Under the pieces are notes generated by a model. That model saw nothing but the letters and a program-made list of their open reading frames with translations, was not told where the DNA came from and did no database searches. DNA of 64,000 nt from Felis catus. Taxonomy: Eukaryota. A program made the position numbers and the translations under genes. The first letter of the stretch is position 1. Each line of letters opens with the position of its first letter. Location of the stretch: the NCBI RefSeq assembly GCF_018350175.1, contig NC_058368.1:34040001-34104000 (forward strand). The letters run 5' to 3'. This document shows positions 12,319 to 25,300 of this stretch, in pieces.

Positions 12319-14359
12319 AGATCTCATGGAACTTTAAATCCTGTATAATTCACAGTGAAAGAGAGCCATTTTGCATAACATTGTTTAGGTCCTGGGATCA
12401 TTCTGAAAGCTAACCCCACAACCTCATAAATGAATGAGGAGGTTTTTTGTTTGTTTGTTTGTTTGTTTCAATTTTTTATTTAAATTCTAGTTTGAATGAT
12501 TTTGAAATAAGTAAATTATAAGGAATAGTCTCTTCTATTGTAGATTACCAATAGTATTAGATGCCTTTTTAATTTACTCTTCTTTTACATCAATGGCAGC
12601 TTTCAGGTGTAAATAATGAATGTGTTCTGTGTGCTCAAGGAATAGAGCATGAAAGAATGAAAGAATGGAACACAGTATCGGTACCTTGATCCTCAAGGTG
12701 TGTAAGGATCTCATTGAGGCAAATGGATTAAAAAACAATGAGTTACGAAGCAATGCTGGTATATATAATTCAGTGGAAAAATGTGGCATTATCTTCATCC
12801 TAAACAGGAATGCTTATCTTGGACATTTTCAGGAATTTCCTGTAGAAATTTATTCTTCATATCCGGAACCAACTTTGAAAAGTTTCTGAGATTCCTCATC
12901 TACCTTATTTGTGGTCATTCTCCTTAGCTTGTAAAATTATTTATTACCTCTCTCCTAGACACCAAACAGATCTTCTTTCTTCCAAACCTTTCCTTTTCTG
13001 GCGTTCTCAAAGAATCCTTTAATCTTTCAGATGTGCTCATATGCAATCTTATGGTTGGGTAATAATAATAGTAAATTAGAGAAAGAGTGAAGACAGATAA
13101 TCTAGATGTAAGAAGAAGAAATATTTTTAATGCAGAATTATAAAATACAGGATTTATCCTATTAATATAAAATACCAGTTGAGTCAACATGCATTAAGAC
13201 TTTCTCTAGTTTATAAGGAGTAGGATGAGATGTTAGCAGAATGGGGTCACAATGGGGTCTGAATGACTATGCCAGTGAATCATGTCATGTCCTATTGTGC
13301 TCTGCTGGAGATATCCTGGTGGGGACCAAAACTCTATATATCTGTTTCCAGAAATAATGCTGATTTGAATGCTGCTTGCCCTGTGGCTCATCTCAGTTTT
13401 GTATGTTAATAAGTGCTGTCTAATACCTTTTTGATCAAGCACGTATTTTAAAAATCTTCTGAGACATAGGACATTCAAATACCTATAATTTGAGGGCTCA
13501 TTGTCTGCTTCATTATTTATTATTATTATTATTATTCAGAGCCTTTCTATTCTCTTTTAAATCCTAGTCAATGTTCTGTACATTAATAATTTATTTTTTG
13601 GTATTGCCACATATGTCCTTTGACTCCTAAAGTGGTCTTTTACTATCTTGTGAAATGCACAGTCCTGTGTGGTTACTGTTTCACTTTCTAACCCTTTCAC
13701 CTGGATCATCCTCTTCCTGCTCTCTACTTTTTTTGAAACTCATCATCCTTTGAATTTTAGATCAAGCACTATGACTAGTACAAAGCCTTTCACAATATTG
13801 TAGTCAACACTTTTCTCTGTATTTCTGTTGCTTGACACTCATGTAACATAATTCAAAATGTAATTGATCAGGAGTTATTTGCCCTAGCTGATTTTAAACC
13901 TAGTTTCTAGTTTCCAGTCAGAGTGGAAATGCCTTAGTGAAGAAATAAATTCTTACAGACTGGAGAATTTTAGAAGTGGATACACATAGGTTTGTTTATG
14001 ACAAACTTTTACTTGATACATTACTGTTATACAACATTCTATTCAAGATGACTTTGCTTGAAAACCTCCAATGCCTAAGCACAAAGTTTGTGTTTGATTC
14101 GTTCTTACCTTGTGAATTCTTGAGTACAGCTTCTTCAAACTAACCACCGAACTGTACATATCTAATGCTGTCACTGAATTTGAGCTGTTATTACTCTCGT
14201 GGTGCATTTGAGTTGTATTGTTTTTCTTTGAGTAGCTCTGTCAGAGTCCCTCACTCACAAAAAAAAAAAAAAAAAAAAATGCAAACTTTGTTTCATTAGT
14301 ATAGTATCAAGTTTCAGAGCCAGTTCTTATCAACATACCAGTTAAGAAAGAGATGGCCT

Positions 14360-14584
14360 GGGGCGTCTGAGTGGCTCAGTGGGTTAAGCCTGCAAACTTT
14401 TGGGACTTCGGCTCAGGTCATGACCTCACAGTTCGTGAGTTCATGCCCCATGTTGGGCTCTTTGCTGTCAGTGCAGAGGCTGCTTGGGATCCTCTGTCTC
14501 CTTCTCTCTCTGTCCCTCCCTCATTTGTGCTCACTCTCTCTTTCTCTCTCAAAAATAAATAAACATTAAGAAAAGGAGCAAAGA
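14360..14584 (+). mobile_element. Can-SINE
   Basis: Head and tail present; TSD AAGAAAGAGATGGCC at 14344-14358 and 14585-14599. Confidence 0.95.
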
Positions 14585-17500
14585 AAGAAAGAGATGGCCC
14601 CATTTATCTGTGCCTTCACTTTAAGCATCTGCTGCTGCCCCAGGTGATGATGGCTGCACCTACAGATTGGGGAAGGGGAGGGACAGCTAAAATATGACCG
14701 TTAATCTCAGGGCAGTGCACTATGGGACACAATTATATTTGTGCTATAGATTCCCAATGCATGGTTTAGATTCTCACTTATAAGATATTCTTGATACTTC
14801 CATATCAAATTTCCTTATATCCTTTGGCTTTCATTCTTTAAGTTTCCGTTTAATTTAAGTTTTCTACATCTTAGAGCATTACCTATATGTGGTCAATATA
14901 TATGCCAGAAAATTCACTCTGGTAGACATGTTGTTCTGTCCAAAGGGTCACAAACACTTAAAACCATCCCTGAAGGCATGCAGGTGCACTGAATAGTATG
15001 TGCAAATGCTCCCAGTGCCCCACATAGCCAGCTGCAATTGGATTCGGTTGACTATGATATAGGCCAGTGGTTTCTGGTGTCTGAATGCAGCCGTGGCAAT
15101 ACATTCGGAAGCATTGTGCAATGCAGGTGCATGCTACAGGATTGCTGCTTCAAAGCTGCCATGGTTTGACTACTTGATAGTATTATAATAACTTCCACTT
15201 CAAAATGTGCTTTCCACCTATCAAAAGCAGCTAGAATGGCATTTCACAACTGAAGGAAAACCTGGAAGCCTGATTGGCAGTGGATCAACCTAAAAATATA
15301 TGCGTTTCTCTCTCAGTGTTTTTATTACGTGAACTGTGTGTCCAAATTCTGCTTCCTGATGGCCAGTTGTTAGGACAAAATGCAAGTTTCTGGACTCGTA
15401 ACCTGCAGTTGATTCATGGTGTCACTGCCAATGTATAAACAGACATCCTCACGAAATGAGCATATCAGCGTACGTAACACGATTCATGGTCCTGTTGACA
15501 TTAGCAAAACAAAAGAAGCTGCCTCTCTCTGTCTCAAAATAATACATAGATGTTAAAAAAATAAAAACAAAACAAAACAAAAAAAGAAGCAACAGCACAT
15601 CCCACAGGTGTATTTGTGTGTTAGTTCCTTGATCAGTAAAACATTAGATCCCCGTACACAAGAAACACAGCAAATACAATGCGGTAGATGAAAGATCACT
15701 CAGTGATCTTAGTGGTTGGTTCTCTGATGCCACATTTTCCCTAACTCCTTCCTTGTCTTCCCTGCACAAGGATGTACCAACCTTATTAAAAAATTGTGCT
15801 AAAATTAAGCCTGGCAGTCATGTGAACACTGGCAGAAAAAAAAAAGCGTGTGATAAAATTGTAATATATTCTTTTTCTTTCTTATCTGACACAGAAAAAA
15901 AAAGTTTTGAGACAAGTTTCCAACACTGTCTCTAGAAATAATATCGAGAGTGAAATTTTACCCCTCTCGTAGTCAGATAGACTGAAATCAGAAGGTTTAT
16001 TTTTAATTAATCGGCTAGTAAATGAGACATAGAAATCATAAATGGAAATAATTTGAATGAATATAGATAAGGTGCCATTTATACAGAATGATTCACCCCA
16101 TCATGATAACAAGTGTAAGGGGTTTATAGGATGGTAAAGGAAAGTAAGTGAATAATCATCAACCGCCAAAAAAAGAAAGAATTGTTTATGTTAGCAAAGT
16201 GTCAGTTCACAGGATCTTGTGAATTATGTCAACTCACTGAAAGGAAAATTTAATCACAGATTTGTTGGACTGTATTCTGATGAGGTTTCTATTTTAGCAT
16301 TGATACTTTTTATCTGATACGTTAGAATATATTTGGATTAAATCGGAATTTGTTGCACTCATAAGGAAGTGTGTGTGCATGTGCGAAATTGAGTGTGTGT
16401 GCTGAAGAACAGAAAAAGACAGCGAAAACAAGCTGTTCTCATACCAGCAAAACCTTTCAGTAGGAAACTGATACACAGAAACTGCCAAAGGTCTTGGTTT
16501 GTCATTGTTTTTTGGTAGATAATCTGTGATGGCTTCCTAGTTTAGATTCCGTAGAGTTAATCTCCCAAACACCAGTGCCAGCCATAAATAGAGATGGGTC
16601 CCTGCTCTCTGCTTTTCCAGACAGCTAATTAGGTGTTATGAAAGCTTACGTTGGTGAAAGAAGGTAAATTAGAAATAAAAAAGAAAAACGAGAACAAATA
16701 AAAAATGGACTTCCATTTATAGAGTTGTCTACTTGGAAACAACTCTAATTTTAAGATGCTGCTAGAAACCACCACTCTAAGGGAAGAAAGCTATTCCTAT
16801 TTAAAGCTGTTTACAAAGCAGAAATAAAGCCATTTTATTGACAGTCAAAAAGCAGAGAAAACTCTCTCACTTGCCCTTCCCCCATGGCCACAGCATTTTA
16901 GAACTTCCTCATTGACTCTCTGACTTGTGGAGTTTGGTTTTCGGATTTCTGTGACACCTTTATTTCTTCATTATAAAAAATTAAATCTAAAAACAAATTA
17001 AATCTGAAGCATATCTGAAATTCTTATGCTAGAAACTATATGCATGTTTTCATACAATTATCTGGGCTCTGGAGGCAGCAGTCACATGGAAACTGAGGGG
17101 AGGAAATCCTTTTATGTTTTCTAATATTTCCGTAAGTAGTTACAAATCAGTTGCCAAGCATCTCTCTTTGGGTAGTGTGCTATAGTGCTTTGAAGACAGG
17201 GAAGGTAAGCTTGATTCTGGTTTGTGATAAATTCTGGCCTGAGAGGTGAGAGAGACTAGAATAAAGGGGTAGATGTACTCCGGAGTAGGAAATTTTATGG
17301 GGGCTGGCTTCTTGACAAGTTCCCTTAGTAATGAACACCACCGAGTCATGATACGCAAGGATTGTTTCCCCTGACTCTTCCCAAAATAATCATGTTTAGC
17401 GAATGCGCCCTTAATCTTTATTAGTTCCTACTGGTTTAAATAGTGCTTTGGCTTCAAATTATAATCTTATACATAGTAATGTTTGGTACCTTTTACCTAT

Positions 17501-18200
17501 CCTTGAGATGGCTCTGCACCCCTATTGATAAAGTGACATCACAATGTTTAAATCACATTGTAAACATGAAGTTATGGAAAGCTTTATGGAAGATGGCTAA
17601 AACCCAATAATTTAAGGGCAGGTAGTTTGATGTTTTACCTAAATATTTTTTTTTCCTTGCAGGATGTAACTTCCACAATGACAGCTCCTTTGAAGGTGTA
17701 TTTTTGCACCAAACGGTTGCTTGCCTACTATCGCTAAGATTAAGTTATTAAACTGCTTAGTCTAGGTTAAAAAGAAAGCTTTCAGACATGTCAGCTAATA
17801 TGAATATGCAGATTTCAGACATCTTTATGTCTAAATCAATTTGAATTATATAAAGTTCTAAAATCAGAGGTAGTCAAGTTGTTGATCCAATCACGGATTT
17901 TGCACCAATAATTGTAGGGCAAAGGGAAAGATTAAAATGTTATTAGAGATTGATTTATACCTACCTATGTACATTATACATGTAATGCTTTATATAAAAA
18001 TGTGTACATATATATGTGCGTTTTATATGTATGTATGTTATCTCCTAAATTATGAATATAGAACATTCCTGTGCATTTCATTTTTTCATCTGTATTTCTC
18101 TTATGGCAATAACTGCTAGTAAATTTTCAGGAATGCATTGGCTATACATTTCAGTTTTAAAATTTTGTTTGGACTATATCCTGGAGAAAGGTCAAATTTA

Positions 18201-18238
18201 ACACACACACACACACACACACACAGATAAAGATCTCT

Positions 18239-18269
<31 letters not shown>
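18201..18269. repeat. Inverted microsatellite pair (AC)12...(GT)14
   Basis: Directly visible, with a spacer of about 15 nt. Confidence 0.95.
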
Positions 18270-21007
18270 GCTTGTTGTGCAGCTGCATTGCAAGTACTAT
18301 AATCATTTGTGTGACTTTATATCTTTTGCAAAAATATATAAATTAAGATGGAAAATTAAAGTAATTAAGATGACTATGTTTAGATTCCTCTTTTTGAGAG
18401 CTTGTGTAATACTCAGATGTGTCTATAAGAGCATAGAAAATAATTCTTAATACTAAACAAGTACTTAAATTTATCAGGTTGTCACATGATCCTTCAAGGA
18501 ATCATACATTTTAAAAATGTGACACTGTAACCCTTCCCTGCAGGCAGAATTGCCCAGAGTTCCAGCTGTTGGACTTCAGAATAGTTTTCTCTTTGTAATA
18601 TAAGCATGCTTATCTGTCAGTTTCTCATCTGCACACCATTTGGATTATGATATCTTTCTTGGCCAAGGGTGCATTTGTGAAAGGGTAATCATGTTATATT
18701 GAGGAAATCATTAAATGAGGGTAAATAATTTCTTTGTAATCTCACATTAGTCCAAAAGAAAAAAAGTGAATCTTGGACTAGGATCAATTACTTTTACTTC
18801 TACCCAGTGTCTCTGAGTTTGGTTTCTGATACAGATATCTAATCTATGCAAATAGTGGCTGTCTATATAATTTGCTTCTTTTTCAGTTCTGTTGTATATA
18901 ATTTGACATATCTATTCTGGGTTCCATTTTCCCTATGGTACAGGCAGAAGTTTCATGATTTACCTTTGTAGCTCTAGATCTTGAGAAAATGCCCCACACT
19001 ATTATTTTATAATAAGAATACTTAGTGTACTGAGGGGATCTTAAAAATACATAGGAGAAGGTATACATGACAGGAATCCTTCCGTACAGCTCCTCTTCCC
19101 TCCCATCTCTCTCCCTCCACTTAGCTTTCTTTCCTTCTTCTCTCCTTTTTTCTTCTTTGTTTTTCATTTTGTCTACTTTCTATGTCTGTGTGGTCATTCG
19201 TTATATACTACCTATGTCTCTTTTTTTGTACCTACCTATTCATCTATTTATTTATGTTCCTTCAGAAATAATTTCACTTTCTCATAAATTCTTTCTTATT
19301 TGACCCTTGGCAATTATAGTTCACTTTTTGCTCATGGTTTCTGCTGCTTGTACAAAAGTGTCCATTAGATTTTCTTCACTGTCTGGGAACCGCTGTGATC
19401 AAAATTACAGTCTAATCAGAAGGTGAACAGCTTATAATGTATCATGATCAATACTTAGAATTTGCTCCTTAGGTTGGGACATGAAGGAGTGGAGTAAACA
19501 GCTGCAGATTTTTCAGCTGTGAAGTGCAAACAATCATTTCATGTTGATGGTTTCAAATTCAAGGTCGATTTATACCTTCATACATCTGCATTATTCTCTT
19601 TTACTCCCTTTTAAAATTCATATTGAATTTATTCAGTGCTAGGCCATCCAAATTGACTGATATTGAAGGCCAGTCAATATTGGAATATAAAACTATGTTA
19701 GCATATTTCGAAGAGAGTGCATTGGTTGTAAATGAATTTTTTAGAAGTCATGGCTCTAAAAGCTACAAAAGTATTATCTAATGAAATAGACAGTATTCTA
19801 CTATATTTGTGGAGGACAAAATTGGTTGAATGAAATCATACGTATTTTCTTTCTAACACAAACAGACACAGATGTAAAGGTGATTTTTATGATTCCCATG
19901 CAGAATAGGTAGAGAAAACAGATACCTGATATGAAAATTTTCTAATATCCATTTGTTTTCAAATTTCTGTTTGACTTTAAATCCATACAGGAAGGCTTCC
20001 TAGAAAATGTATAATGCTAGATTTTTCTGCTGCTGTTTGTGTCCGTCTAACAATCTTCCAAGAAACAGATAGTATTTGAGTCTATAGGTATGAGTACTTG
20101 AGTTCACTATTCTTGCCTGCATTACATAATAAAATTAATATATTTCATTCATTCATATGGAAATATATTTTTGAAAACACGACAAAATTAAAATACAGGC
20201 AAGCTACCTGAATACATTTTTAACATTTCACCAATATGAATGACACGTATTATGAAAAACCACAATATTTTTATTCTGTCAAGACACTATTCTAACTTCT
20301 TTCGAGAAAAAAATTAATCTCATAAGAAATTCTTTTATCCTAAAACCTTTTGAGATAAATCAAGTTGTAGTTTATGTTTTCTTTTTTGGATAAGGAATTA
20401 TTTATATGTTTTAAATATGAACTCAGATTTTACATGTGACTTTGAATAGTAACTGTATAAATGTATCAGGGCTATTAAATATGGTACTTTCTATTTTAAG
20501 TATCTTCCATGTGGCCTTTTTTTCCCTTGCACAGGACACTATGAATTTGTAGAGATCCTCTCACATCAATTAAATGGCTGTCCCAAGGGTTGCTAAATGT
20601 GTGGGGAATTCTAGTCCCATCACACAGAGGTGAAGTGTAAATATCCTCTCCTGGAAAAAAAAAAAAAAAGGTCCTTGATTTAAAAAGAACCATTAAATAT
20701 AAGGGGAAACAATCATTTGTAGATGAAAGTGACAACTGGGAAGAGGTATTTCAGTTATAGTTCAAAATATTGGGGCAGTGGAATTATGCAGCTATCGTCA
20801 TTATGAAGGAATTTTCTTTCATATTTTCTGTTCGGCATCTTTGAAAGAGAGATCATTAAAGACTGCTTTATTTAGATTCTCTGTATGCCTATTGGCAAAA
20901 GAGAAAAGCAAACATTTTCACAGAAGACATTATCGTGGAAAACAGGAAATCATGAGTTGTCATTCATCTGAACTCTGTTGACTAAACCCATTTTCACCTA
21001 CTTACAC

Positions 21008-21008
<1 letters not shown>

Positions 21009-21044
<36 letters not shown>
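21009..21044 (+). repeat. Poly-A run (36 nt)
   Basis: Homopolymer with no SINE body upstream. Confidence 0.95.
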
Positions 21045-21046
<2 letters not shown>

Positions 21047-21698
21047 GAAGTGAAGAAAACTGATTGCATGATCCATACCCATATCTAATAAAATAGGAAT
21101 GTGCACTTTTTGACAAGTTTATTCATAACATATTCTGATAGAAAATTCCATTTGCTCCCTCAGTAGGAAAGGTAGGCTTTTAAAGGAAACCTTTTATTTC
21201 ATGACTGTCACCAAAATAACAATTACAAGCAAAATAGGGATAAAACATGAAAAAAAAAAGCAGCTTAGGGCTTGTTATGGAAGTATGTGATCTAGTTTTT
21301 GCCCCATTATTTGATTTGAAAAATTAATCCTGGTAATCCTTTTTGAAGTTCACTGTTGCCAGGATGGGTTATACAGAACAAAGACTAACTGATATCTCCA
21401 GGAGGTTAGTTTACAGTGATGTTCTATTCCACTGAGAATGATTCTCCAATGGCCACTTTTTACTTCTTCCCAGGCTATGGGAATTCATTAATATCTAGAG
21501 AATAGACTTAAATAAAACCATTGTCTCAACCAGCAGGTTTATGCAACCATCCTGAAATGTTTTAATTATTGTTTTCTTTTCCTTTTTAATTAAGAGACCA
21601 GAGGTCAAACAAGCCCACTGAGAGCTGATCGCAGCCTCAGTAGAAATTTAAAAGCAACCCTAATGATTGGATTTGCTGTTTTCTCTTTTGTTTTGCAG

Positions 21699-22381
21699 AA
21701 CCAGAAGAGTGCGTTAATTGCACAGATGAATGCCGAGTGCTTGGTCATTCTGACAGGTGTTGGATGCCACAGTTCCCTGCAGCCAATCAGGCTGAAAATG
21801 CAGATTACCGCACAAATCTCTTTGTACCCACAGTTGAAGCTAATGTTGAGACTGAGACTTACGAAACTGTGAATCCCACCGGGAAAAAGACTTTTTGTAC
21901 ATTTGGAAAAGACAAGCGAGAGCACACTATTCTCATTGCCAATGTTAAACCTTATTTAAAAGCCAAACGTGCCCTGAGCCCTCTCCTCCAAGAGGTCCCC
22001 TCAGCATCAAGCAGCCCAACGAAGGCATGCATCGAGCCTTGCACCTCAACAAAAGGCTCTCTGGATGGTTGCGAAGCGAAACCAGGAGGCCTGGCCGAAG
22101 CAAGCAGCCAGTACTTGCCCACTGACAGTCAGTATCTGTCACCCAGTAAGCAACCGAGAGACCCTCCATTCATGGCTCCCGATCAGATGGCAAGGGTCTT
22201 TGCAGATGTGCATTCTAGAGCCAGCCGGGATTCCAGCGAGATGGGTGCTGTTCTTGAACAGCTTGACCACCCCAACAGGGATCTGGGCAGAGAATCGGTG
22301 GATGCAGAGGAAGTCGTGAGAGAGATTGATAAGCTTTTGCAGGACTGCCGGGGAAATGACCCTGTGGCTGTGAGAAAGTGA
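21699..22381 (+). CDS. PCDH17: Protocadherin-17, terminal coding exon (cytoplasmic tail)
   Basis: Polypyrimidine tract and TTTTGCAG end at 21698. The phase-1 frame reads (E)PEECVNCTDECRVLGHSDRCWMP...KKTFCTFGK...REIDKLLQDCRGNDPVAVRK*, which I recognise as the PCDH17 C-terminus. CM2 motif at 21719-21769, WIRS motif FCTFGK at 21893-21910, TGA at 22379-22381. The ORF-track start at 21737 is an internal GTG (Val). Confidence 0.96.
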
Positions 22382-25300
22382 GGGAAAAAAAAAAAAAAAA
22401 AGCATTGGCATTTTCTTGTGTCTTCTGTTAATTTAAAAATGATCCCTCCTGGTGACAACCCATTTCACAGGGACGAAGAAAGACCAATGCTGCTTTAAGG
22501 CTTTTAGTGAACATCTGAAGTGCCCACAAGTATGTTCTTTTCACTGCTGTTTCTTTTTCAGAGATAACAATGGTTTTGTTTTGACCAAACTTATATTAGG
22601 ACAGAATTAATGATGCCGAAAGAGAAAAGAAAATGAGAGAAGAAAAAGGAAAGAAGACAAAGGAGGATGAGGAGGCGAGTTACCTTTTGACAATCTGTTA
22701 GGAAGGTATGCAGCGTGAGAGTTGAAGTATTTCTGATCACTCTGAGACTGTCCTCCGTGATTTATGCTGACTTAACTGTTTACCTATAAACCCCATACAA
22801 AGCAGGGTCATAATTTGTGATCTGTGGTGGATTTCTAGCCGTCATCACAGGCTTCTACTTAAAGTCCCGAAAAGACCTTGCAGTAGTCCAAGCTACCCCA
22901 AACATTAACACATATTTGTGGTAAACATTTCTGTACAAAGTTACCTGCCACACATATAAACACAAAGGACATTCCATATCATCAGTCAAAAAAAATTAAA
23001 AAAAAAAAAAACTTGGTCATTTGTAAGACACTTCATGTCGTATAAAAGTTAAATGTAAAAAGATATAGTCCATTTTGTCCTGCACACACATAGACTAATT
23101 CACGTCATTAAAGGAGAAGAAATTTTTTTAAAAGCTTAAAATGCCTCTTCAGCATTTTAGTGTCCAACAAACATATAAATAATGATGGATATGTTTTAAA
23201 TTTGACCTGAAGAATAGTTACTATTGAATGATAATATTCGGAGGAAATGAACACGATCAATATATTTCATTCGTTTCTGGACACTAAAATAGCTCAGGAA
23301 AGTGAAAATGTCTTAGACATCACAAATCACATGACCATTTAAATGTGCAAATGTAAGAAGATTCAATGTGTTTACATCAAATGACATATTTTTATTGATT
23401 TATTGCAGATTCAGTGCATATGAGCCAAATTGTTGAGTGTATAAGAGCTATATTGTGTATTTTATTAAATTAATATATAGTTGTGTTGCAAAAATATTTG
23501 GGCTTATATTGTAAATGGCAAGTGTTGCCTCGGTAGCTGTCGAACTCTATGAGTTTTGTTTTTTCCTGCTTCCTTTTCCGCATGGAATGTGGGAAGCAGT
23601 GCCTCAGAGCAAAGTCTCTTGTTTAATGTATAGTCTACCAAGTACTACAGTACATAATCTGTTCAAAATGTGTTTGAGTGAGCTGATGGAGCTAACTGAA
23701 AGGTCAAAAAATACATCCGTCAGTCATGGTTACGTGCAAGTCCTTGTAGAAGCTTTTATTAAAGTCACGCTAAGTCACAAGAATTACATGTGTACCAATA
23801 CCTGAAACTTGTTCACGTTTTTCCAATAACATACAGCTTCTGCCTATGTAGATATCATAACGTTGATTGGTTCTCAAAAGTATCTTACGTGGTTCAAGAT
23901 GTGTGTTCCCATTATATTTCAAAACCATGAAAAATGCTTTAATGCATGTGTGGTATCAGCAAAGGTTACTTGCATTGTGTAGTGTTTTTCAAGAGGTCTG
24001 GGTCTTAGCAAAATGTTTTTTTTCCTTTTTCTCAGTACTTTTCTGCCTCCTTTTATTGGCGTCCTTCGAGAACAATACACCTTCTATTCCTTCCTTTGGT
24101 TACACCTTTTCTTGTGACATTTAGCAGGTTTCAAACTTACTTCCATATGAGGCTAGGAAACCTCAAATTTCAGGAATTGGGAAAAACAAAATTAGCACTT
24201 GCAGAAGTAGCAGCAGATGGGAAAATGCCTTGATTGACATTTTCCTTCAGCGTCGAAAATTTTTGGCATTTTACAGCTTCATGACAAACAGTTTCCAGCC
24301 CATACCTTACAAAATGTGGTGCTGAGTTAAATAAAGGCTGTTTGTGCACTGGAGCAGAAAAATGCATTATTTGCAAACTGGTGGAGAATTCTGTGCCTTC
24401 TTTTCTGGCCACCAAGCCAGTGTAGAAACAGCATAAATGTCATAAAACCATTATATTAAAAACAAAAACAAAAGCAAAAACAAACAATGAACTGAATTAA
24501 GTTTTGTAATTTTAAACCTCAAAAAATTCAACTGAAAATATTTCCGTCAAATGCCGTCAAGATTTTAGACTGTACCTCGTTTGCAAAGCCGCTGTGAAAA
24601 GGGAAGAGCGGACAACTCCCATCAGCCTTATTCTCTCGAGAACTGGATTTGGTTCCTAGTAACAGCCTTTCCAAAGCTCTACTCTTGGTTTTTATTATTC
24701 ATAAATGTTTAAATTAGCAAAGAAGGGATCTTGTACATGTGAAACCTAATCGACTCTCTATATTTTGGACAATTTATGTATCTGAAATGTGTTGTCTCTG
24801 TTATATGATGTTATTTTTTGCCAGGAGACTACAGGTTGATTTAGCTTGATAGCTGAAATTTGATGGAAAACTAATTTCCATTTAGTCTTACCAAGTGTCG
24901 CTTCTCTCTTACTAGACAGATAGCCGCGTAGTTCAATCTAAGGCAGTATGTAAATGAGATCAACAAAGAGAGTAGGGTTTATTTTTAAAACATTCTTAAC
25001 GCTGAGTAACCAGTTGTTCAATTTATTATATGTCTGAAGACATTAAAACACTATAAGATTTTAAGAATTGGTTGTGCCAATGTGTGAGGGATTTACCTTT
25101 AGGCTCTCTGTCACCAGTGATTTACTAGTGTTAGCTGTTTAACACATTATCTGTATTTAGTAGTGATTATTTATTTACAAGTTGGTGGTAATTTCAGCAG
25201 TCAGGACTCTAAGCTCTTATAGTTGAGTTGAGGGAATCTCACCTTTATTCATTTGGCTGGCGGCTGCCTTTATCACAGACCTCTGGTGCTCGGCTTCCAA

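Larger units (their letters stand above)
1..21698 (+). other. PCDH17: 3' part of the last PCDH17 intron
   Basis: No upstream cadherin, transmembrane or CM1 coding exon is visible. The region is repeat-containing non-coding DNA ending in a canonical acceptor. Confidence 0.85.

Noticed and set aside
21570..21610. Alternative upstream acceptor or 9-nt microexon (TAAG|AGACCAGAG|GTCAAA)
   Set aside because: The donor is poor, and extending to the real exon either shifts frame or meets an in-frame TGA.
21605..22458. Overlapping antisense and alternate-frame ORFs around the PCDH17 exon
   Set aside because: Short shadows of a GC-richer coding exon with no recognisable domains.
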